A stretch of 64,000 nucleotides of DNA from Eledone cirrhosa (taxonomy: Eukaryota), in the NCBI GenBank assembly GCA_964016885.1, contig OZ024745.1:95170001-95234000 (forward strand), given 5' to 3'. The position numbers and the translations under genes are program-made. The notes under the pieces are model-generated. The model was not told the origin of the DNA. It was given only the letters and a program-made list of their open reading frames with translations, and did not search any database. Shown piece by piece: positions 28,364 to 43,141 of this stretch (within the stretch, counting starts at the first letter, position 1; each line of letters opens with the position of its first letter).

Positions 28364-29110
28364 CAACCGAGCATAAATCCCAATAGTAGTCCGAGGATAA
28401 ACTTATTCAGTTATTCCAGTGGAATCTCGCTCACACCCATAGTATGTTAAACATAGACAAATCTACAAGCTAAACGTGTGACACTGTTTTTAATTTTAAA
28501 AGTTTGCCCATGAGTTTTCAAGCATATATTAAAAAATTCCATAATTAGATCTTCCACATTTTATTATTTGTGGATTAGGAATTAGTTTGTGAATTTTTGC
28601 ACTCGTGAGAAAATGTTTAAAATTTCTCGGTTGTCATTTGCTATTTATAATTCGACAAGATTTATTTTATATCAGTATACAAAATAGGTAAATTACTATG
28701 GATGTTATAAATTTCAATATCGTCTGGTATGTTGATGTAAATAGAAGTATGATTTTGTTATTTGGTTTACATTTTACCGACAGTAATTCTTGAATATATA
28801 CTTTCTTCGCTCTTTCTATTCCATTAGTTTTACTATTTTTATTATTCCGGTTTTTGGAGGATTAAAATATTTTGCAAGTCTACCAGCCTTTAGTCTTGAA
28901 TTGTGGGATTGGAAACAGTTGTGCATATTCGTTTCACCAAAATAAAAGAAATATGTGCACGTTTATGTTATGGATGGTAGGATGTGAATAGGAAGTAGTA
29001 TTTCAAGTCTGTTATTTATTTATTTAATGAATGAATTTAAACGCTCGTTATTTTATCCCCGTTAAGCGAAACAGCTAGAAAGATCTATGAATATATATAT
29101 ATATAAACAT

Positions 29111-29202
<92 letters not shown>

Positions 29203-29254
29203 TATATATATAAATATATATAAAATATTTATAAGCATGTATATATATATATAT

Positions 29255-29524
29255 AAACGTTGCGGGTCTTTATATATCGGACAAACGGGACGCCGTATAG
29301 CGGTCCGTTTTGCCGAACATTTGAGGGACATACAACTCGGTGTGGATACTCCTGTCGCCCGTCATTTCTGTTCTCCTGGTCAGTCTTCCCTACATGTTTC
29401 AGTCCTGGGTGTCCTTTTACATCATGTATCACAGGCCTCACGCAACAGGACTGAACAACGTCTGATTCACCGCCTTGGGTCCTATTCCCCTCTTGGACTC
29501 AACTCACCTCCCCAATTTCTCTAA
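29255..29524 (+). pseudogene. GIY-YIG endonuclease C-terminal fragment of a Neptune-like PLE, copy D
   Basis: KRCGSLYIGQTGRRIAVRFAEH...PVARHF...RNRTEQRLIHRLGSYSPLGLN. The 3' region runs to ~30220 with a degenerate hammerhead (GGAC-TAGC-GTCC-GAAACGTT, 30099-30134). Confidence 0.85.
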
Positions 29525-29768
29525 TACCCCGTCCATTATCACACCCCTAGATTCCTATCACTTTCTCTTGATCATTAGCAGCTTCTCTTACCACTAACAT
29601 ATGCCGACTATACATGTTCACACCACTTTTTCCTTCACTGCTCTGTATACACACATACACACCCTTATATTAACATACTTTTGCTCATAGCTTCGTACTT
29701 ACATGCACACACACTCTTTTACTTACATATATACACACACTTTTCTTCTTAGCTTCGTACGGACGTAT

Positions 29769-29887
<119 letters not shown>

Positions 29888-30607
29888 CTTACGCACGTGC
29901 ACAAGTATAGCCCCTTTTACAAAACGTTTTTTTTCCTTTTCAGGTAGACGCACTCCAACATCCACTTTTCTAAAAGTTAAATCATACACAAAACGCCAGC
30001 ACGAGATGTAAACATGAATGGACCTGTTATTTTTATCTAAAGACATTTTTCCAATTCCATCCCGTCCGTCCCCTCAATCTATCTTATTTCTCATTCTTTC
30101 TTGTGATAAAGGACTAGCGTCCGAAACGTTAAGACCCTCTTCCTGCTATATGAAGCGTTAACCTAATATATCCCTTCCATATACTGTACCGATTGTGTTG
30201 TTATTTCTGTTTACCTTTTACATATATATATATATATATATATGTGTATCTATGTTTGTATGTGTGTATGTATATATATGTATGTATATATGTGTATATC
30301 TATATATCTATGTGTATATATGTATATATAAATTTGTATATATATACATATGTGTATGTGTGTGTATATGTGTTTATGTGTTTATATATATATATATGTA
30401 TGTATATATGTGTGTATGTGTGTATGTGTGTATGTGTGTATGTGTATATATGTGTATGTATATATAAATATATATATATATATATATGTATATACATATA
30501 TATATATATATTTATATATATGTATATATATGTATATGTATGTGTGTGTATATATATGTGTGTGTGCATGTGTGTATATATGTATATATATATATATATA
30601 TAAATAT

Positions 30608-33600
30608 ATATTAATTCAAAATATTAACAAAAATAGATATTCATGTGATCAAATATATTTTATTATACATATTTCAGAGGTACTGAGCTATCTTCAACAG
30701 TACGTCCTCATCAGATAAAATAAGATGATGCATGACATACCCTGACTAAGTAGATGGTTAAAATTCAGTCATGACAGTGAATAAGATATGACAAAACTCA
30801 ATATTTATATACCTTAAGATTGAGACATGAAAAATTACATATAATACAGAGGATGCGTGTGAGAAAGCTTATAAAAATACATAATAATAACCAGCTACTA
30901 ATATAATAGAAATTTACATAACTGTTAGAGATTCAAATAATTTAAATTATTGAAGGAAGAAGAAAGACAGAGAGAAACAGATGAGGAAAAAGATAGTTAC
31001 TAGAAGTATAGAAATATCTTATGCACTGAAGCAAAAGAAAATTTATTAAGGATAGAGAGAGACAAGGAAGAATAATTTTTATAGTATAAAGCATACGGAG
31101 GGAGATTTGTATTGTCGTGGATAAATAGCGTATAATTAGATGATGCAAAAGTATATATATAAATAAATAAATAAATATACATTTGGGCATAGCTTTGTGA
31201 AGGTAATCCATATTAAATTATATTTAAAAAAAATTTATATTAAAGAGATTTTATATTAAAAAATAATCATTATATAATTTAGAAGGTAATTACAATTATA
31301 ACTTTAAAAATTTAAAATTAACAATTAGAATTCCCTAACGTATCCAAAGGCCTTATAATTATACTTAAAAAGGATATTATTAAACTAGATATACGCATTT
31401 GTCTAGATTTATACAAAGAGTATATAGTTTAAGACGATATTAGTCAGTTATATATAATATAATATAATATAATAAATAAGTTACTGTTAATATTGTTAAA
31501 AGTAAGGTTTTACGTCAATTATTATATTAGGATCATGTAATACATATATACTATAAATATACAAATCAAACTTCATGAATCATAACAGATGATACACAGA
31601 TTCTAAATAAATGGTTTCCGATCCTAAGTGTCAAATATCTAAGCTATATAAATTAAAAATACAAGAAAATTTGTAAGGATCTATATTATAGTATATCATA
31701 TTTAAAGTGTCTGCAAACATGAGAAAGAAAAGACTTAAGATTTTCATCAACCCGAAGGTAACCCAAATTTAATTATATTAAAAAAAATTTAAATAAAAAA
31801 ATAATTATTATATAATTTAGAAAATATTTAACAATTATAACACCAGAATGTATCTAAGGCACTTATAAATGTACCTAGACGGTTGTTATTAAACTAGATA
31901 TACACATTTGTCTAAATACATACAGAGTATTCTGTTTAAAACTTAAGACGATATTAATGATTTATATACATATAATAAATAATAACTACAATTACTGTTA
32001 ATAATGTTATAATTGAAGTTTTACATCAAGCTAAGTGGAAAAAGTTTGTCGACTATGATCGTGTACGACACATATACCATAAATACATAAATCAAACATC
32101 TTGAATCTTAAAAACAACATATTCAAAATAAATAAATGAATGGTCTACGATTCCTTATAACTGTTAACCATATAAGCTATATATTTAAAAAAATACAAAA
32201 ATCCCGACAAAATTAAATGTATTTACACAATCAAATGATATGCATATTCATCAAGAGATCATGTTAACAGTCTATATGTTTATATATTTATATGGCACCC
32301 TTAATCTAAGATTAATCATATCGTAAATGAAAAAAAAATATTATAAGGTTTTATAATCTGTTATAGTATCATTTTACGCACTCAGTTGATAAGAAACGTC
32401 GAAAATTAGAACTTATTTACTCAATGTTTTTTCCTGACTTTTTGCGAGGCTTGGAATGTAGAAGAAGCTTTATGTAGGTAATTTGAGAATAATTCACTTT
32501 TTCTGTTAATTCAATGTTCATAATTAGTAATTATTAATAGGGTCTCCATAGTACAAAGATTGCAATTAGGTTATATTGAAGAATTCAAGTAGATTCGACT
32601 ATTACACAGCTTTGACCAAGAGATAGAGTATTTTAAATTTTTGTCTTTTAATGACCATATATGTTGTGATAAAGAAGTCGAGGATTTCCTATTAGGATTC
32701 GAAAAAGAACATTTGTAATCTAAAAATTTTGTTAATATTATTTAATATGGATTACCTTCGGGATGAAGAAAATACTAAGTCTCTTCTTTCTCATGTTAGC
32801 AAATAATTTAAATATGATATTATACTATAATATAAATACTTATACATTTTATAGCCTGAAATATTATACCTTTAGATTAATTCACTATTTTGAACTAACA
32901 TAAATGATTCGAAATTTAACGGTATCCGGATACGTTTGGATATATATAATTGATTAATAGTCTATTTCTAATTAACTTAAGGACTCGAAATTAAACCCTC
33001 ATATAACTACATCCAGATATATTTGATATTTTGATTAATTGGTTATTTCTAGATAATTCAACGATTCGAAATTATTCATTCACAAAGCTATGCCCACATG
33101 TATATTTATTTATTTATTTATATATATACTTTTGCATCATCTATTTATTTGCATACACTATTTATCCACGACAATACAAATCTCCCTCCCTATGCTTTAT
33201 ACTATAAAAATTATTCTTCCTGTCTCTCTATCCTTAATCAATTTTCTTTTGCTTCAGTGCATAAGATATTTCTATACTTCTAGTAACTATCTTTTTCCTC
33301 ATCTGTTTCTCTCTGTCTTTCTTCTTAATAATTTAAATTATTTGAATCTCTAACAGTTATGTAAATTTCTATTATATTTGTAGCTGGTTATTATTATGTA
33401 TTTTATAAGCTTTCTGACACGCACTCTCTGTATTATATGTAATTTTTTCATGTCTCAATCTTAAGGTATATAAATATTGAGTTTTGTCATATCTTATTCA
33501 CTGCCATGACTGAATTTTAACCATCTACTTAGTCAGGGTATGTCATGCATCATCTTATTTTATCTGATGAGGACGTACTGTTGAAGATAGCTCAGTACCT

Positions 33601-33669
33601 CTGAAATATGTATAATAAAATATATTTGATCACATGAATATCTATTTTTGTTAATATTTTGAATTAATA
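30608..33669 (+). mobile_element. Non-coding PLE-derived element with ~590 bp inverted termini, each with a hammerhead (element E)
   Basis: 30608-31201 is inverted relative to 33079-33669. Hammerheads at 33556-33622 (+) and 30657-30723 (-). The interior is AT-rich with no ORF. Confidence 0.75.
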
Positions 33670-34603
33670 TTAATAACTCCGGAAAACCCAAACTGTGGAG
33701 TACTTCTAATCTATTGTAAAACTTTATTCTTTGATTTATTCATTGAACCTTGTTTAACCTTTAAATATATATATAAATATATATATAGAATAGAATGAAA
33801 CGAAAATTCATTTCTCACTCTTAGTACGGCACTTATTTAAATGTAAGTATGTATGTATGTATGTATACGTACATACATATATGTATATAGACGTACAGTA
33901 GTATGTACATATATACATACATGCACACATATATATATATATGCACGTATCTGTTTACCGAACATATATTATAATGCTCGGTGTGTTTGTTTGTAAACAA
34001 ACAAACAGCCCGAATTACGCCGTACAGTGTTTAGGCAACCACGTCACCTGTTTGTTCAACACTGACACAGGAACGATGTACTAGTTTCAAGCTTATTAGC
34101 TATCGTCAGCATCGTATACCTTCCTGCCAGATGGTTGAACGTCTGAAAGTATATACTTTCCTTATGCATATTAACGGATGAGCAGCCTAATTTGCATATC
34201 GAGTGAGTTCAGTGGGTAGAGCACACCGAAAACGATAAATAGAATAGAATGAAACGAAATTTCATTTCTCACTCTTAGTACGGCACTTACTTAAATGTAA
34301 GTATCTATGTATGTATACGTACATACATATATGTATACAGACGTACAGTAGTATGTATATATATACATACATTCACACACATATATATGCACGTATCGGT
34401 TTACCGAACATTTATTATAATGCTCGGTTTGTTTGTTTGTAAATAAACAAACAGCCCGAATTACGCCGTACAGTGTTTAGGCAACCACGTCACCTTTTTG
34501 TTATATAAATGCAAGTTTGAAGTCAATCGGAGTAGAAATATAGATTTGTATAGAATTTGCAAAAATGAGGACACACACAGACAACTACAGATTTATATAT
34601 ATA

Positions 34604-35056
34604 CTAGCAGAGGTACCCGGCGTTGCTCTGTTATTAAATAGCAGTTATGTATACCATTTATGTCAATACTTCAGTGCTGCTTCGAAAACTATACTTTTAC
34701 AAAATCATCGGCTTTTTCCCAAAGGGCGTTCCTTCCCCCCAGGAGTCCCTACTCAATATGCGCCAATTCACATTCATCTGTAGAACAAACGTAGCACATG
34801 TGTCAAGTTTTGTGAAAATTGGTTGCGAACTACAGAAGCTATGACATTTTGTTGCATTGCACTGCAGTGCTTCAGTCGACTCCAAGGAAGTGGTTAGAGG
34901 GGGTTATCTGCCGGGAGGTCCTATAATAAATATCTGGAAAAATGAAAGTACCCATGACCATCCGGAGTACATAAGTAACCTATGTCTTAAGTTTGGTGAA
35001 AATACTGTAGAAATGCATAAGGCTTACACACACACGCACGTGCGTGCGTGCGTGCA

Positions 35057-35105
<49 letters not shown>

Positions 35106-35590
35106 TTGTGTGTGTGTATGTATTTGTGTATGCGTATATGTATATGTATGTCCGTCGGAGCATACGTATGTACTGGTCTAAATCTTCACTATTTACTTTT
35201 ACTATTTTAATAACCTCTGTCATTTTCGTTTTCAATTTTATTTACATCATTCTTAAACACCGGGGCTGGAAATCATTCGGTTATTTTAAATAGAATATTA
35301 GTCTAACGACTCCATTTATACAGTAAACTTGGTCTTGTCCTTGCATGAAATTGTTCTTCTCAGTCCACATAACGACGTATTATCCTCGCTTTTTTTCCGT
35401 TCATTGCTAGGGAACGTCTTCACGAACCAAAATATCGTCTGCAGTTAAAATATAAACTGCAGTTAATATCTTTAGACCGCAAGGAATATATAAATGCAAG
35501 TTTGAAGTCAATCGGAGTAGAAATGTGGATTTGTATAGACTTCGCAAAAATGAGGACACACACACAGAGACAACATGAGTTTTATATATA
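34604..35590 (-). mobile_element. Non-autonomous Helitron
   Basis: 3' CTAG + hairpin remnant at 34604-34630. The 5' part (35455-35590) matches 8125-8250 and 52855-52970. Confidence 0.7.
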
Positions 35591-35591
35591 A

Positions 35592-35650
<59 letters not shown>

Positions 35651-35795
35651 TAACGAAGGAAATGTGGTAAGGAACCAGGTGGACCATAACGCACCAAACT
35701 ACTCAATACTTAGGGTAGTAGAGTGGGTAATAGGAACAAGTAAGACCCCGACGGCTGAGTACAGAATTAGCCGTCGGGGTCTTACTTGTTCCTAT

Positions 35796-35863
<68 letters not shown>

Positions 35864-36078
35864 TAAAATAACAGATTAAAGTTTAAGCAAAGAATCGCTG
35901 CGTTTACAGATTGACTTTGTTAGTTTCAGAAGATCCCGTTAAGGGTGAAAGCAGCGATTCTTTGCTTAAACTTTAATCTGTTATTTTAATAAATATTTGC
36001 TCTACGGTTCTTATATATTTGATATATATTTTCCTTATCGAGCCCTCTTTGGATTTTAGTCTTCAATTTTATTATTAT

Positions 36079-36114
<36 letters not shown>

Positions 36115-36370
36115 ATAATAGTAATAATAATAAAATTGAAGACTAAAATATCAAATATATAAGAACCGTAGAGCAAATATTTATTAAAATAACAGATTAA
36201 AGTTTAAGCAAAGAATCGCTGCTTTCACCCTTAACGGGATCTTCTGAAACTAACAAAGTCAATCTGTAAACGCAGAAGTGAATATTGCAAAAAACGTTGC
36301 AACCGAAGGAAGACAGGAAGACGATAAAGCAGCGATTCTTTGCTTAAACTTTAATCTGTTATTTTAATAA

Positions 36371-36437
<67 letters not shown>

Positions 36438-37707
36438 TATACATATATATCTAGTAAAATAGAGGAGGGGTGAACCACAATTAAAAAGATTCTCAATTAG
36501 TAGAGTATAAGCATCTTTATCTAATATATATATTATATATATAGACCACTTGCTTGATGAGAGTTTTATCCTCTGAAGATCTTCCTGCTGTCCACTCACC
36601 GCGTTTTTCGCCTAGTAACATTTCTTCTACGTATGTGGTTATTCCGTATCTTTCATCATCCTCCCTACGGCCATTCACTGAACATTCTGTACATTTGCAC
36701 AAAGTTCCCATTTCTAAGGTTTTTCAACCATCCACTCTGCTTTTCCAACGAACCATCCATCGCAAACTTAATTTATTTTCCTTTAAGCCTTCAACAATCC
36801 CACCTTTACTGATCACGTTCTCTCTTTCAAATGAAACGAAAACCTTCCAAGATCTTATCCCTCCCTCCCTGTAAACTACAGTCCAGTGTCATCAACAACA
36901 TGCCCATAACTGATCCCCAAACCTCAATTTCATATCACTGACCAATCTGATTGTATCTTTACCACTTTCGTGTATTTTATCGAGTGTAAACTATTAATTC
37001 CTATATACTAATGAAATCGGATTTTAGAAAGAAAATCTTCCCTGCACGGAGAATAAATACAAAATATACGTTTGTTTTTTAGTAATTTTAAATATATTTT
37101 TTACAGCGTGTGTGAAATTTATAAATAGTTTATAAACATGCATTTCGATTAGAGGAAGAACAATGAGAAGAATATTACTTTTCATTAGAGTAATGAGAAG
37201 AATATTACTTTTCATTAGAGTAATGAGAAAGATTCAGTTGACACTGTTTAACAACTCCATTAACTGCTCATATATCATTCTCTTTTTAACTTCAAGCAAG
37301 ACAATGAATCTGACAGCCCTGCAGCTACCGTTGATGTTGCTGTTACTGATGATGACAATGGGGATGATTATCATCATGATCATGATCATTGCGCCAACGA
37401 AATGGTTTACAGCAAACACAAATTTATTTGTCTATAAGACATAACTTTCTATATACATTGCATTGAAATACGAGTGCATATTTAATGTTTTCCTAACACA
37501 TTATCTACGTAACAAATACTACATAATTAACACCAAATCATGTCACTTTGGCATGTCATATAAAGCAGCGTTCATTCCCTTCTTAGCTTCTTATTCATCA
37601 ATATGGTTTTTACATTTTCTTGTTGTAGACGTGACTATACGTGCTATTATGTAGTAATAAATATCATCATTACATCGTTCCCCTATAGATTGTGTTGACT
37701 TTTCTTT

Positions 37708-37739
<32 letters not shown>

Positions 37740-38439
37740 CATGGAAAGTTATATTTAAATTGTTGGGTTACAACTAGTAAATATTTATAACTGATATAAA
37801 AGCACTCAACAAGTATTTGGAGTATATTTACGATATTAAATAAATGGAAACTATATTTATAAAACCATATTTATTTCATTATATATATTTCAGGGATATC
37901 ATATTAACAATATGTTATGCCTTCCTCAGACAAAATACAATATAGACAGTTTTATAGATAAATAGATTTGACATACCGTTCAACATCGACTTGTATTTGA
38001 AAAAGTTGATTTGGCAGTGAAAAATTGTAAACAGAAAGTGGTTTCTTTCCTAACCACATATATCTCCCTTACATTAATACTAGAGCTAAATAAATAAATA
38101 AATAAATAAATAAATGTATCATTGATACGTTCATTCAACGGATGTCCAACTACCTACTTTTCTCTATATATATCTATCTCTATCTATTTCCTCTCTCTAT
38201 ATATATCTCTCTCTGTTTCTTTACATGAAGTTCTTCTCTTTATCTATCTTTCCATCTCTCTATTTTGTTGCATGCATTTCTTCTTTTTCTTCTTTTTCTT
38301 CGTTTTCTTTCTTTCTTTCCTTCTTTCTCTCTTTCTTTCTTTCTGTTTACAATTTTTCACTGCCAAATCAACTTTTTCAAATACAAGTCGATGTTGAACG
38401 GTATGTCAAATCTATTTATCTATAAAACTGTCTATATTG

Positions 38440-38505
38440 TATTTTGTCTGAGGAAGGCATAACATATTGTTAATATGATATCCCTGAAATATATATAATG
38501 AAATA
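38440..38505 (+). ncRNA. Minimal type I hammerhead ribozyme (copies at 42289-42354 + and 37872-37937 -)
   Basis: TATTTTGT-CTGAGGA-AGGCATAACATATT..AATATGATATCCCT-GAAA-TATATA-TA-ATGAAATA. Confidence 0.85.
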
Positions 38506-38683
38506 AATATGGTTTTATAAATATAGTTTCCATTTATTTAATATCGTAAATATACTCCAAATACTTGTTGAGTGCTTTTATATCAGTTATAAATATTTAC
38601 TAGTTGTAACCCAACAATTTAAATATAACTTTCCATGTATCTTGCTCCAATACTGTTGAGCGCTTTATATTATAACTGAAAAA

Positions 38684-40895
38684 ATGGAATTCTTTAAGAT
38701 TACTTCCTCTTTAAAAGACATACCTCTACCTAGAAACAAAGACTTTATAAAACAATTAATAGATAAATCTGACTCTTTTATAAGGAGAATCAGGTGGCGA
38801 GCATTCCACTTTGATAAATCTAATATAAATGAAAATGTCTCGGACTTAAACAAAGTTTTCAAATCTAAAAGAAATCCACCCCTAACAAACTTTTATCTGA
38901 CTTTGAAAACGATATAATTTCTATCATACAAGGGGTCAAATTCAAGAGAAACTTCAAAGGCCAGGAATATCTGAAAGGCATTAAGGATAATGTTGAGAGC
39001 TTAGAGAAAACTGAGAAGATCTTGGTGAAATCTGACAAGACCAACAACCTCTATGGAGTGCAGAAAGACATGTATAATGGCCTCATACTGAAGGAACTGA
39101 GGAAAAAGTACAAGGTAGCAGATAAGGCCGAGCTTGAGAAAATGAATGTCGAAGCATCTTGTATAATGCACGAGTTGGAAATTGAGAACAGAACTCAACC
39201 TTTCGTGCCCAGGAAACCGAAGATCAATATGAAAGATCACAAAAGGAATTTTGAAAATGACTTGCCAGTTAAATTGATCGCACCATCAAAATCGAACCTG
39301 GGCAAATTAAGCAAAAACATTCTTGACAGGGTGATACAGCAAATTAAAAACTTGGATTGTTTACCTAACCTGAGCTTGTGGAAGGGAACTGGAGAGGTTG
39401 TTGAGTGGTTTAAGCAAATTAAATATAACAATAATAATAAGTTTATTCAACTTGATATTGCTAACTATTATTCTTCTATTACCCCTAATCTACCAAATAA
39501 GGCACTAAATTACGCATTCAAACATACAGACCTAACTAGCAATGAAATGCACATTATATTATCGGCTAGGAAAACATTGATAGAATTTAATGACCAACTA
39601 TGGACCAGAGCAGATAGAGATAGCAATTTTGACATTACTATGGGATCATCCGACTCAGCTCAGGTAACTGACCTTGTGGGCTTATTTTTAATCAATTCAC
39701 TACATAGGAAAATACCTGGTACTACCGGAGGTTTATATAGAGATGACATGCTTTTACTTATTGATAATAATAACTCTGAACTAAATAGAAAAAGAAAACA
39801 AATTACACAATTTTTAATTACTTTAATCTAAAAATAGAAATTGAGAACAACCATAGAATAGTCAATTTCCTAGATATAACATTAAATCTCAACACATGTC
39901 TTCACTATCCTTTTCACAAGTTGAATGAAAACTTAAACTATGTCAGCTTTAACTCTAACCACCCCAGATCTGTCAAAAACACTATAGTAAACTCTGTTCA
40001 AAAACGTATCTCTAGAATCTCGTCTAATAGAAAGATTTTCGACGAAAAAGCCCAGTACTACAATGAAGCGTTAGCTAGAGCAGGATATAGTGATAAGATT
40101 ATATACATAGATAATGATAGACAAACTAAACAAAATAACAACTATTTTAATTACGGCCACAACCTTAACAACTATAATAGAAAGCATTACAATAATTCCA
40201 AAAGCCAAAAAAGAAATAGAACTAGGAACATAATATGGTTTGCCCCCCCTTTCTCACTAAACATTAAAACCCACATCGCTAAGCTATTTTTTAAAGCTCT
40301 TGATAATCGCTTCCCTAGAACACATAGGTATCACTCAATTTTCAATAGACATACTATAAAATTAACCTACTCATCCACCAAAAATTTAGCACAAAATATT
40401 AATAGAATAAATAATAGGAACTTAAAACCTAGCGATAATAGCATAAATAATATACAAGTTAACAAATGTAACTGTAGAGATAGATCTAAATGTCCGTTAA
40501 ATAACAACTGCTTAGTTAAAAATATAATATACAACTGTAATGTTAAAACGGACTCTAATTCTTTTAACTATGTCGGTTCCACATCGACGGAATTTAAACT
40601 ACGCTATAATAACCACAAGAATTCTATCACAGATCCAAGCAAAAAATCTTCAACAGCACTATCAGGCGTACTCTGGCAACTTAGGCAAGATAATGTTAGA
40701 TATTCAACGGCTTGGAATATAGTCTCAAGAGGGATTCCTTTTAATTCATCTTCTGAGACATGAGACCTCTGCGCGGAGGAGATATTCTTTATACTAAAAT
40801 CTAAAAATTCCCTTAATCTACGGACAAATTTATTCAGTTGCTGCAAACATAGATTGAACTCAACTTTTAAATATAAATTTAAATTTAAAATGTAG
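38684..40895 (+). pseudogene. Naiad-like RT + GIY-YIG polyprotein (two 1-nt frameshifts, one in-frame TGA)
   Basis: SLKDIPLP, RIRWRAFHF, SDKTNNLY, KDHK, FIQLDIANYYSSI, FDITMGSSDSAQV, GLYRDD, VNFLDI, WFAPPFS, CNCR..CPL..C, YVGST, T*DLC, SCCKH. Shifts fall in the C-run at ~38880 and the T-run at 39811-39815. Confidence 0.9.
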
Positions 40896-41411
40896 TATAT
40901 TTAGTTTGATTTATAATTATTTGGGAAACTAGCCGATAAATCTTTCGATTTCTTCTTTTTATTCTTCTTTTTATTCTTCTTTTTATTTAAACATTCTTCA
41001 TGAAAAATTAAACTACCCTAAAAGTTGATGCTCCAAATATTTCGAATAAACGTTACACTAGATAAACTTCTATATTAAATATAAGAACATATGTAGACCA
41101 AATGGGCATCCTAAACTTTTTTTTGAAATGATTTCTGCTAGACGCGATTTGGTAAATAATTTTTTAGCTTTATCTGTTTTCGACTCTGATGCTTATAATG
41201 AACTTGGCAATATATTGTCAATTAATTTTGAAGGGTTGATCTTTGTGGTCGATTTGCGTGGCATATTATGTTTCTATTATGTTTTTATTTTTATTATTTT
41301 AATATTTTTTAATAATATTTTTTAATATTTTTAATATTTGTAATATTTTTATTTTTAATATGTAATATTTTTTAGTTTTCTATTTTATTTATTTGTTTAT
41401 TTATTATTATT

Positions 41412-41442
<31 letters not shown>

Positions 41443-42394
41443 TTTTTGTTTTTGTTTCTGATATTTTTTTAATATATTGAAATCTGTTCTCTATTTCTGC
41501 TTGATAGATAATCATGTAGAGTAAAGACGAGAATAGTATTGTTAAAATTAATATAGACTCTATATATATGTGTATATATACACATATATGTATACTTAAA
41601 TTTTTATAGTACAATGACAATGTTCTCCGTGTGAAATAGGGGTTTGCAGAGTTGATCACGTAAATTCACATCGATGTCTGTAGTTATCATATAAACATAT
41701 GAATTTTTAAAACTAGACATAAGATCATTACTTTTCACACATTATGGATACGTGTCTCATTCAGGAATACTGATATTTACATTATAGTGCCTGGTTTTTA
41801 TACGAACTAATATTTCTACATTAAAACATAGGGTTTAAATTTTGCCTCGCCTATGTCTGGTTACTTTTCATTTTTCTCTATATATAACGGCTGGTTTCTT
41901 TCCTAACCACATATATCTCCCTTACATTAATACTAGAGCTAAATAAATAAATAAATAAATAAATGTATCATTGATACGTTCATTCAACGGATGTCCAACT
42001 ACCTACTTTTCTCTATATATATCTACCTCTATCTATTTCCTCTCTCTATATATATCTCGCTCTGTTTCTTTACATGAAGTTCTTCTCTTTATCTATCTTT
42101 CCATCTCTCTATTTTGTTGCATGCATTTCTTCTTTTTCTTCTTTTTCTTCGTTTTCTTTCTTTCTTTCCTTCGTTCTCTCTTTCTTTCTTTCTGTTTACA
42201 ATTTTTCACTGCCAAATCAACTTTTTCAAATACAAGTCGATGTTGAACGGTATGTCAAATCTATTTATCTATAAAACTGTCTATATTGTATTTTGTCTGA
42301 GGAAGGCATAACATATTGTTAATATGATATCCCTGAAATATATATAATGAAATAAATATGGTTTTATAAATATAGTTTCCATTTATTTAATATC

Positions 42395-42482
<88 letters not shown>

Positions 42483-42551
42483 AAAAAGAGATGAAATCGA
42501 AAATGCAACTGGAGTCTTATTTTTTTTTAAAATATATATATTTATTTGGTT

Positions 42552-42589
42552 CCTTTACCGGTTTCGCAGTTCTTCTGCTTTTCAAAAGG
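42552..42589 (-). ncRNA. Minimal hammerhead with variant core (copy at 49540-49577)
   Basis: CCTT-TTGAAAA-GCAG-AAGAA-CTGC-GAAA-CCGG-TA-AAGG. U3-A8 replaces the usual C3-G8. Confidence 0.75.
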
Positions 42590-43087
42590 TGAGTTGAGAT
42601 GGAGGGTCTGTGCTTTTTCTCACATCTCGTTGGTCTCTGAATGTTACTTGTTTTATATGGAAAAAGTGGCTTGAAATGCCAGGTTTTTCGAGAAGTAATT
42701 TGATTGGTTTGTCAATAATTATAATAAATTTCGCGCCAGTTCGCGTTACAATAGTTCTTCAAATAAGAGGGGGGGGGGGGTGTTTTTTCATATATGAGTG
42801 TTTGAATTTCTTTTTACTTGAAAAAAGGAGGCTCACGAAGGCTTTTTTTTGGTTGGTTATAAATGAAATTTGGCTGTCACGTGAACAAGTTTTCATTACA
42901 TTTTTGCGCCCTTATTTGGAAAACTATTCTGTAGTCTTTATAGTGAATGTTATGACAATGGAAAGATAGTGGTCAAGAGAAAAGGGATTGGGAGAATTGT
43001 TCTGGTTCAGTGAATATGGTTAGTTCGCTGGGGTGTCAGAGTTCAGATTTTCTATTGAAGTGAAGATATGTATGTTTATTTGTGTGC

Positions 43088-43141
<54 letters not shown>

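Larger units (their letters stand above)
37737..42396 (+). mobile_element. Near full-length young Naiad-like PLE, copy F
   Basis: Inverted partial pLTR 37737-38037. Direct pLTRs 38039-38546 and 41892-42396 differ by about 3 substitutions + 1 indel by eye. RT-EN coding region between them. (TA)n both sides. Confidence 0.93.

Noticed and set aside
37163-37230. 30-bp direct repeat, CRISPR-like in length
   Set aside because: Adjacent tandem duplication with no spacers or cas genes, in a eukaryotic context.
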